From the sequence record NC_006883.2: DNA of 64,000 nt; one strand, given 5' to 3'. The position numbers and the translations under genes were made by a program. Positions 57,468 to 64,000 of the stretch are shown here, in pieces; within the stretch, counting starts at the first letter, position 1; each line of letters starts with the position of its first letter. Below the pieces are notes generated by a model that did not search any database, had not been told where the DNA came from, and was given only the letters and a program-made list of their open reading frames with translations.

Positions 57468-58062
57468 AAAGAAAGCGTCAACAACTAAAAAGGTTACTGC
57501 AACAAAACCTAAAGCAGCACCTCAGAAGGTTCCTGATTTACCAAGGAATCCTTTTGCATATGAGGTTCTTAATGCTGCTTCTAAAATGAGAAGCAATGCA
57601 AAGAAGATAGAAGTCCTCCAAAGATACGGTGATCCTTCTTTAAAGGCAGTGTTTATATGGAATTTTGATGAAACAATTGAAACTCTTTTACCAGAGGGAG
57701 AAGTTCCTTATGGTAGTAATATAGAAGATGAAACCCAATCAGGTTCATTATCAGGTAAGATAGATGATGCTGTTGGTAAAATGACTGAAATGGGAAGTGC
57801 TTCTCTTGGATCACAAGACCAAGGTCAGACATCTATTCGTAAAGAATATAGTAAGTTTTATAATTTTTTAAAAGGTGGAAATCCTGGTATGAGTTCTCTT
57901 CGTAGAGAATCTATGTTTATTAACATACTTCAAGGATTACATCCATTAGAGGCAGAGATTCTTATATTAGTTAAGGATGGTAAATTAACTGATAAGTATA
58001 AGATTACAAAGGAAAATGTATCTGAAGCATATCCTGATATTACATGGGGAGGAAGAGGATGA
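57439..58062 (+). CDS. Conserved T4-like cyanophage protein
   Basis: LPEGEVPY, RRESMFINILQGLHPLEAEIL. Confidence 0.8.
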   Translation: MTTTKKTTTRKKASTTKKVTATKPKAAPQKVPDLPRNPFAYEVLNAASKMRSNAKKIEVLQRYGDPSLKAVFIWNFDETIETLLPEGEVPYGSNIEDETQSGSLSGKIDDAVGKMTEMGSASLGSQDQGQTSIRKEYSKFYNFLKGGNPGMSSLRRESMFINILQGLHPLEAEILILVKDGKLTDKYKITKENVSEAYPDITWGGRG

Positions 58063-58430
58063 GTAAAGAAACTACAGAAGCTACAGAAACTGCAGAGTTA
58101 AAAAAACCTGTAAAGAAAGAGGAGATTTGGACTACTGAAGAAAAAAGTAAGATTAAATCTCAATATGGATGTGAAATGTTAGTTGAGAATGGATCTCTTC
58201 AGGATGTTTCTGCATTGGATGCACCTACAGATGCATATATTATAACCTATACCCTAGATGATCAGGTTAAATATGATTTGACTAGAGGAACTAAAACTAA
58301 CTTATTTGATATGTATTATGATAAGTTTAAAAAAGGTTTAAGGGATATTCAATATGGTCAAGGAACTGTGAGTCCAAAACTATGGGGATATAGGAATAAG
58401 CAAACAGGGAAGAAGAAAAGAAGAAAGTAA
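58059..58430 (+). CDS. Conserved T4-like cyanophage protein
   Basis: FDMYYDK..PKLWGY. Confidence 0.78.
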   Translation: MSKETTEATETAELKKPVKKEEIWTTEEKSKIKSQYGCEMLVENGSLQDVSALDAPTDAYIITYTLDDQVKYDLTRGTKTNLFDMYYDKFKKGLRDIQYGQGTVSPKLWGYRNKQTGKKKRRK

Positions 58431-58433
58431 AAA

Positions 58434-59024
58434 ATGTCCCAATTACATCCTCTTTTTCCAACTTTTGTATGGGAAACTCATTTGGGGTTAGATAAAGATG
58501 CTTTGGTATCTGCCATTAAAGAATTTAGTGAAGAAAATGAATCTGTTGATTTCACTAATAGAGATGGTGGATATCAGGCACATGGTTTTAATTATCCATT
58601 ATTAACTGATGCTATAAAGAATAATGTACCTACTAATTCTGATTTAGAGGATCTGGGTAAGTTGCATCTTCATACTTGGGTTAATATTAATAATAGTGGA
58701 TCTTATAATGTTAGACATGATCATACAGATGGTATAATTCTTTTATCTGGGTGCTATTATGTCTCTGTACCAGAAAATTCTGGGAATATTAAATTTCATG
58801 ATCCTAGATCTGAGATTATACACTCAATGGCAGATGCTAGATATTATCAATATGATAGAAGTGTTGAGTTAATACCAGAAGACGATTTGATATATTATTT
58901 TCCTTCTTGGTTACAGCACGAAGTAGGATCTAGTAAGAGTGATGATGAAAGAATTTCTATTGCTTTTAATTTGATACGTAAACCTGATGTGGATAGGTAT
59001 TGTAATGTGTATAAGTACGAGTGA
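58434..59024 (+). CDS. Putative 2OG-Fe(II) oxygenase
   Basis: LFPT, HDH..LSGCYY, FPSWLQHEV, RISIAFN. Confidence 0.87.
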   Translation: MSQLHPLFPTFVWETHLGLDKDALVSAIKEFSEENESVDFTNRDGGYQAHGFNYPLLTDAIKNNVPTNSDLEDLGKLHLHTWVNINNSGSYNVRHDHTDGIILLSGCYYVSVPENSGNIKFHDPRSEIIHSMADARYYQYDRSVELIPEDDLIYYFPSWLQHEVGSSKSDDERISIAFNLIRKPDVDRYCNVYKYE

Positions 59025-59156
59025 AACGAAATTCGACTTTTAATTCCAAAATATGCCGACAAAAAATTCGGCAATTTTTTTGCTCTGTAGGGTCGATGTA
59101 GTAAAAAGACATATTGACTTGACTAAATAATTAAAATGTGTTATTATTAACACAAT

Positions 59157-59203
59157 CGTTCAACCTGATACATTCAGGTCGCAAGTAAGCCGACTCGGAA
59201 CGG
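59157..59203 (+). ncRNA. Glutamine-II (Downstream-peptide) riboswitch-like aptamer 1
   Basis: cgttc/gaacg P1, acctga/tcaggt stem, cgcaagt core; upstream of a DUF4278-like ORF. Confidence 0.72.
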
Positions 59204-59205
59204 AT

Positions 59206-59373
59206 CGTTCATCTCATGGACATACTACTCGCTACTATTTTAACTTGTGAAGAGGCAAAGGGGATTATCACTAAGATATCACCTTCGACTCAATATAGAA
59301 CCGAATTGGTTCAAATGGTAAGAGGTAGCACTCAAGGATGTTTATGGGACGCAGAAGTTGACTAAAGGAACGG
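59206..59373 (+). ncRNA. Glutamine-II riboswitch-like aptamer 2 with a ~125-nt expanded loop
   Basis: cgttca-tctcat ... atggga-cgcagaagttgactaaaggaacgg. Confidence 0.62.
59216..59365 (+). CDS. 49-aa ORF nested inside aptamer 2
   Basis: MDILLATILTCEEAKGIITKISPSTQYRTELVQMVRGSTQGCLWDAEVD. Confidence 0.55.
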   Translation: MDILLATILTCEEAKGIITKISPSTQYRTELVQMVRGSTQGCLWDAEVD

Positions 59374-59404
59374 ATTAAAACCCCTACTACTTTGGAGAAA
59401 CCCA

Positions 59405-59551
59405 ATGGCAAAAGTCACTTATCGTGGTGTCACATACGACACTGAGCATCGTCCTAATCAGGCAACACAACCAACAGAGCATCAAGAATCTTACCGTGGT
59501 GTAAAATTCCTTGTTGATTCTGAAGGACACAAACGTGTTCTTGTTGCTTAA
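59405..59551 (+). CDS. DUF4278-like downstream peptide, 48 aa
   Basis: RBS GGAGA; MAKVTYRGVTYDTEHRPNQATQPTEHQESYRGVKFLVDSEGHKRVLVA. Confidence 0.8.
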   Translation: MAKVTYRGVTYDTEHRPNQATQPTEHQESYRGVKFLVDSEGHKRVLVA

Positions 59552-59576
59552 TTCTAGGAATAGCTAAAAAGAAAGG

Positions 59577-59602
59577 GAAGGGGTTGTACCCCTTCTTTTT
59601 TT
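59577..59602 (+). terminator. Rho-independent terminator
   Basis: gaagggg-ttgta-ccccttc + T-run. Confidence 0.85.
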
Positions 59603-59632
59603 ATGCTATAATATACTCAAAATATATTACTA

Positions 59633-59767
59633 ATGACTAGTAGATCAACAATACTAATTCAAACACTTGAATACTGGATTGGTCAAAAGCATCTTCATAC
59701 AGAACAAAAACTTGAAGATATGAAAGCACAGTTGAGAGTAATTAGAGAGGAACTTAATGGACGTTAA
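59633..59767 (+). CDS. Small coiled-coil protein, 44 aa
   Basis: MTSRSTILIQTLEYWIGQKHLHTEQKLEDMKAQLRVIREELNGR, overlaps thyX start. Confidence 0.55.
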   Translation: MTSRSTILIQTLEYWIGQKHLHTEQKLEDMKAQLRVIREELNGR

Positions 59768-60392
59768 ATTTGTAAGTATCACTCCTGATGCTGAGAAGAT
59801 GATGGCGTATATCGCTAGGGTATCAAATCCATCAAATCAGCAAAATGAGAATTATTCGGGGTTATTAAAGTATTGTATTAAACATAATCATTGGAGTGTA
59901 TTTGAACAATCCTCAATGACTCTTGAAATCGAGACTACGAGGGGATTAGCGGCCCAGATTTTGAGGCATAGGAGCTTCACATTTCAGGAGTTTTCTCAGA
60001 GATATGCTGATACAAAACTCTTAGATACTGAGATACCTGTACCAGATCTCCGCAGTCAGGACTTAAAGAATCGTCAGAATAGTAATGATGATATTCCACA
60101 GGAGAAAAAAGAGGAGTATCAGGCACTAATCGCAAGACACTTTGAGGATTCAATGAATCTTTATAATGCTTTACTATCTGAGGGAGTTGCAAAGGAATGT
60201 GCTAGATTTGTGCTTCCACTTGCCACTCCAACCCGTCTGTATATGACTGGTTCGTGCCGTTCTTGGATTCACTACATTAATTTGAGATCTGCACACGGTA
60301 CACAGAGAGAGCATATGGATGTTGTGGAAAAGGCAAGATCTATCTTTACCGAACAATTTCCTTCGGTTTCCGAAGCCCTTGGATGGGTCTAA
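59757..60392 (+). CDS. thyX: FAD-dependent thymidylate synthase
   Basis: HWSVFE, RHRSFTFQEFSQRY, ECARFVLP, HGTQREH. Confidence 0.97.
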   Translation: MDVKFVSITPDAEKMMAYIARVSNPSNQQNENYSGLLKYCIKHNHWSVFEQSSMTLEIETTRGLAAQILRHRSFTFQEFSQRYADTKLLDTEIPVPDLRSQDLKNRQNSNDDIPQEKKEEYQALIARHFEDSMNLYNALLSEGVAKECARFVLPLATPTRLYMTGSCRSWIHYINLRSAHGTQREHMDVVEKARSIFTEQFPSVSEALGWV

Positions 60393-60414
60393 ATAAGTTA
60401 CTTAGTTTATTGAT

Positions 60415-60696
60415 ATGCCTTTATATCCTGTAAAAAATTTAAAAACTGGAGAAGTGAAAGACATTCATATGTCTGTAGAGAAGTATGGAGTTTGGAGAAA
60501 AGAAAACCCTGATTGGGATAAGGATTGGTCACAAGGATGTGCTGGACTGAGATCATTAGGACCAGAATCATATTCTGCAGATGCAATAGCTAATCCAGGT
60601 GCATATGAGGATAAAAATAATAGTTTGTCTTCTGGTTTTAATGGTGCATCAGGACCTAACAATAGCTTAGTAAGAGATCACTTTAGAATGAAATAG
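60415..60696 (+). CDS. Hypothetical protein (paralog of 61267)
   Basis: MPLYPVKNLKTGE..NPDW. Confidence 0.7.
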   Translation: MPLYPVKNLKTGEVKDIHMSVEKYGVWRKENPDWDKDWSQGCAGLRSLGPESYSADAIANPGAYEDKNNSLSSGFNGASGPNNSLVRDHFRMK

Positions 60697-60704
60697 AATA
60701 AAAT

Positions 60705-61238
60705 ATGGATTTAAAAATATTTGATAATTTTCTCCCATATGATAATTTTGAACAATTGAAGACAAATATTTGTTCTATAAATTTTCCTTGGTTTTATCAA
60801 TCTGAATTAAACCCAATTGGATTTGATGATGTTGTGGCATATAGGAATGATGATGATCATCAGTGGGATTGGTATCATACTCACAAACTTTATGATAATG
60901 ATAAAATTACTAGTGAATTTTTTGAACCTGTATATAATATGATTATTCCAAAGATTAGGGAAGTATCAGAATATCATAGTTTAATGAGGATAAAGGTTAA
61001 TTCATATCCAAATACTAAAATTATTAATGAACATGATCAACATTCGGATTATCAATTTTCTAGTTATGGAGGAATTTTATCATTAAATACTTGTAATGGA
61101 TTTACTAGATTGCATGATGGTACTAAGGTAGATAGTATAGAAAATAGATTTTTTATTTTTGACCCATCTAAAGCTCATAATTCATCTACTACAACTAATA
61201 CAAAAAGAAGAGTTAATATTAATTTCAATTGGATTTGA
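60705..61238 (+). CDS. Putative 2OG-Fe(II) oxygenase
   Basis: IFDNFL, HSD, GFTRL, AHNSST, RVNINFN. Confidence 0.8.
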   Translation: MDLKIFDNFLPYDNFEQLKTNICSINFPWFYQSELNPIGFDDVVAYRNDDDHQWDWYHTHKLYDNDKITSEFFEPVYNMIIPKIREVSEYHSLMRIKVNSYPNTKIINEHDQHSDYQFSSYGGILSLNTCNGFTRLHDGTKVDSIENRFFIFDPSKAHNSSTTTNTKRRVNINFNWI

Positions 61239-61266
61239 TATATAATCTTACACATCATTAAAACCT

Positions 61267-61593
61267 ATGGCAACGTATCCAGTAAAAAATAAAAAAACAG
61301 GTGAAGAGAAAGAAGTTGTAATGAGCGTTCATTCTTGGAGTCAATGGAAAGAAGATAATCCTGATTGGGAAAGATTTTTTACTCCTGAAAATTCACCAGC
61401 ACTAGGACTTGAAACTGTAGGTGATTGGAAAGATAAACTTACCAATAAAAATCCTGGATGGGGTGAAATATTAAAGAAAGCTGATAAAGCAGGTGGTATT
61501 TCTGGAAGATTAGCAAAGAGAGGAGGTATTAATTCTACTCAGGAGCATGATGATTCTTATGCTCCTTCCCCAAAGGAAAAAAAATCTAAGTAA
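61267..61593 (+). CDS. Conserved T4-like cyanophage protein
   Basis: MATYPVKNKKTGE..NPDW..VGDWKDKL..PGWGEIL. Confidence 0.78.
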   Translation: MATYPVKNKKTGEEKEVVMSVHSWSQWKEDNPDWERFFTPENSPALGLETVGDWKDKLTNKNPGWGEILKKADKAGGISGRLAKRGGINSTQEHDDSYAPSPKEKKSK

Positions 61594-61598
61594 ATATT

Positions 61599-62351
61599 AT
61601 GCCAAGAAAAAAGAAGGTTGAGCAACCTATTGGGGTTGGATTGACGACCAAGCAAATAAAAAGAAAGAAACCAATTAATAATGATTATCTTGTTGATGTT
61701 CAACCATTAACAGAGAATCAGAAAAGATTGTTTGATTCTTATAAGGAAGGAAAGCATCTCGTTGCTTATGGCATCGCAGGTACAGGAAAAACATTCATTA
61801 CCTTATATAATGCTATAAAAGACGTTCTTTCTACGAATACTCCATATGATAGGATCTACTTGGTTCGTTCATTAGTATCTACTCGTGAGATTGGGTTCTT
61901 GCCTGGTGATCATGAAGATAAAGCAGACATCTATCAGATACCATATAAGAATATGGTGAAGTATATGTTCCAGATGCCTTCTGATGCTGACTTTGAGATG
62001 CTCTATGGCAACTTAAAGGCACAAGAAAGTATTAAGTTTTGGAGTACCTCGTTTATTCGTGGAACTACATTAGATAATGCAATCGTGATTGTTGATGAGT
62101 TTCAAAACCTCAATTTCCATGAATTAGATTCTATTATTACTCGTATTGGTGAAAATTCTAAGATTATGTTTTGTGGTGATGCAAGTCAAACTGATTTGAC
62201 TAAAACAAATGATAAGAATGGTATTGTGGACTTTATGAGTGTTTTGCGTAAAATGCCTTCTTTCGATATAATAGAGTTTGGTGTTGAGGACATTGTTCGT
62301 TCTGGACTTGTCAAAGAATATATTGTTGCTAAACTTGAATCTGGTTTATGA
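61599..62351 (+). CDS. phoH: PhoH-like ATPase
   Basis: GIAGTGKT, IGFLPG, FIRG, DEFQN, GDASQTD. Confidence 0.95.
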   Translation: MPRKKKVEQPIGVGLTTKQIKRKKPINNDYLVDVQPLTENQKRLFDSYKEGKHLVAYGIAGTGKTFITLYNAIKDVLSTNTPYDRIYLVRSLVSTREIGFLPGDHEDKADIYQIPYKNMVKYMFQMPSDADFEMLYGNLKAQESIKFWSTSFIRGTTLDNAIVIVDEFQNLNFHELDSIITRIGENSKIMFCGDASQTDLTKTNDKNGIVDFMSVLRKMPSFDIIEFGVEDIVRSGLVKEYIVAKLESGL

Positions 62352-63037
62352 AATTTCCCATAACCTGTTATGATAATTTTTATGAAAATCCAGATTATAT
62401 TAGAGAGTTTGCTCTTTCTTTAGATTATTCTCCTGAATCTGGTACTTTTCCTGGTGTTAGATCTAAGTGTTTATCTACTATTAGTGAGGAATTTCATTAT
62501 AAATCAGTAAATAAGATTTTATCTATGTTTGATGATTTTGATGCTCCTGATGTTTTATGGAAAGCAAATTCATATTTTCAAAAGATATGGTCTTTTTCTC
62601 AAGATAAAGATAGTTCTTTAAATACTGGTTGGACTCATTCTGATTATGGAACTGTTTTAGCAGCAGTAATTTACTTGGATCCCAATCCAATTGTTGATTC
62701 TGGAACTTCATTTTTTAAACCTAATAAAAATGATGATTTTTTATTAGATTGTAAAGATCCTAATTACACACCAGAACAAATTGCAAATATTCGTCAAGAT
62801 GTTTGTCAATCTACTCAAAGTTGTAATATAGATTCTATACATCATTTTTCAAATATGAAAGACTATAATAATAGTCACTTTCATAAAACTATGGAAGTTA
62901 AAAATTCTTATAATAGAATGATTACATATGATGGAAGTGAATTTCATGCACAATCTAGTTTTTATAGTGAAAATTTTAGACTAACTCAGGTTTTTTTTAT
63001 TGATGAACTTATTATACCCGATAGGATGTTACGATAA
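62348..63037 (+). CDS. Putative 2OG-Fe(II) oxygenase (tandem paralog 1)
   Basis: YDNFYENPD, FPGVRS, WTHSD, YNRMITY...FHA. Confidence 0.78.
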   Translation: MKFPITCYDNFYENPDYIREFALSLDYSPESGTFPGVRSKCLSTISEEFHYKSVNKILSMFDDFDAPDVLWKANSYFQKIWSFSQDKDSSLNTGWTHSDYGTVLAAVIYLDPNPIVDSGTSFFKPNKNDDFLLDCKDPNYTPEQIANIRQDVCQSTQSCNIDSIHHFSNMKDYNNSHFHKTMEVKNSYNRMITYDGSEFHAQSSFYSENFRLTQVFFIDELIIPDRMLR

Positions 63038-63728
63038 TTTTTATAAAGACCCTGATCCTGTTAGAGAGTTTGCTTTAGGGTTAGACTATACCAAGTATGG
63101 TGGTTTTTATCCAGGATTTAGATCTCGTTGTATCTCAACATTGAATACTAAATTATTTGAGTATTCAGTTAAGAAATTATTATCAATGTATGGAAATTAT
63201 TATAATATTCCTTTAGAAAATTATGACGTATTTTCATATTTTCAAAAGATCTATAGGTTTTCGAGTAATCCTGATGATGTTATAAATGATGGTTGGATTC
63301 ATTGTGATGGTAATACTTTATTAGCTGCAGTTATTTACTTAGATAAAGAACCATTTTCTAATAATGGAACATCTTTTTATCATAAAGTTAATTCTTCATT
63401 TAAAACCATTGTTTCACAGGTAGATGGTGCTGCTGAACAAACTCCTTATGATAGAATCATAGGTGAATCTGATCATTGCAAGATAGATGATGTTCATTGG
63501 TACAGAGATAAACTTATTGAAAACAATAATCAATTTAACTTGACTGTTAGTGTTAATAACTGCTATAATAGATTGATATCTTACAGTGGAGATCAGTGGC
63601 ATGGACAATCAAATTATTATATGCCAAATGATCAAGATTTTAGATTGACTCAAGTATTTTTCTTTTATAGGATGAATGTACCAATAGATTTAATTCCTTC
63701 AATTAGGTGTAGTGCAGATGGCATTTGA
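63003..63728 (+). CDS. Putative 2OG-Fe(II) oxygenase (tandem paralog 2)
   Basis: YDNFYKDPD, YPGFRS, WIHCD, YNRLISY...WHG. Confidence 0.78.
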   Translation: MNLLYPIGCYDNFYKDPDPVREFALGLDYTKYGGFYPGFRSRCISTLNTKLFEYSVKKLLSMYGNYYNIPLENYDVFSYFQKIYRFSSNPDDVINDGWIHCDGNTLLAAVIYLDKEPFSNNGTSFYHKVNSSFKTIVSQVDGAAEQTPYDRIIGESDHCKIDDVHWYRDKLIENNNQFNLTVSVNNCYNRLISYSGDQWHGQSNYYMPNDQDFRLTQVFFFYRMNVPIDLIPSIRCSADGI

Positions 63729-64000
63729 CCACGTTGAATTAGACCTCCCTAAACTCAATAGGGAAACCATAGATGGAGTTCGTTATTATTCCGTACCTGG
63801 TGAAGAAGAAGGAGAACTAATGAAGTTAGTCTCTATTACTTCTGTTACTAGTCACTTTAATAAGGAGATCTTTGTTAAGTGGAGAAAGAGAGTTGGTAAT
63901 GAAGAGGCAGATCGTATTACTAAAGCGGCTACTGGTCGTGGAACTGATATGCACACTCTTACAGAACATTATCTGAAGAATGAAAACCTCCCTGAAGTGC
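63718..64000 (+). CDS. PD-(D/E)XK exonuclease, partial (runs off window)
   Basis: MAFDHVELDLPKL..SITSVTS..WRKRVG.EEA..GRGTDMHTLTEHYL. Confidence 0.85.
   Translation, partial: MAFDHVELDLPKLNRETIDGVRYYSVPGEEEGELMKLVSITSVTSHFNKEIFVKWRKRVGNEEADRITKAATGRGTDMHTLTEHYLKNENLPEV

Noticed and set aside
1-64000. Alternative genetic code or programmed frameshifts
   Set aside because: Recognisable genes (psbA, gmd, thyX, phoH, S8 protease, fibres) are intact in the standard code and the gene density leaves no unexplained broken frames.

Overview
This window is a 64 kb slice of a large, AT-rich T4-like cyanomyovirus (Kyanoviridae-type). A Prochlorococcus host is likely: psbA has a Prochlorococcus-type C-terminus, no psbD follows it, and there is a P-SSM2-like glycan island. 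From left to right it contains: secreted/outer-membrane small proteins, talC and a Pho-box-preceded porin-like+pstS unit; small hypotheticals including an unannotated NdhP homolog; a 12 kb glycan island (gmd, fcl, GT2/GT4/GT6/GT11/GT25, methyltransferases); six hli genes in a chain of tiny, mostly coupled membrane ORFs; petF, psbA (PhotoRC-II-like leader), a degenerate EndoVII, ho1 and an HNH; a ~20 kb tail-fibre/virion block; an ADP-heptose + GT9 + carbamoyltransferase block; and core genes (glutaredoxin, thyX, phoH, exonuclease) interspersed with 2OG-Fe(II) oxygenases. The most notable observations are: (1) three type-1 (blue) copper-site motifs inside tail fibres; (2) a pair of ~10% Cys adhesin-like proteins; (3) a heptose donor pathway plus GT9 directly behind them; (4) tandem glutamine-II riboswitch-like aptamers, the second carrying a 49-codon ORF inside its stem; (5) an unnamed structured RNA before a porin-like gene. 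All family assignments come from motif recognition by eye; no database searches were run.
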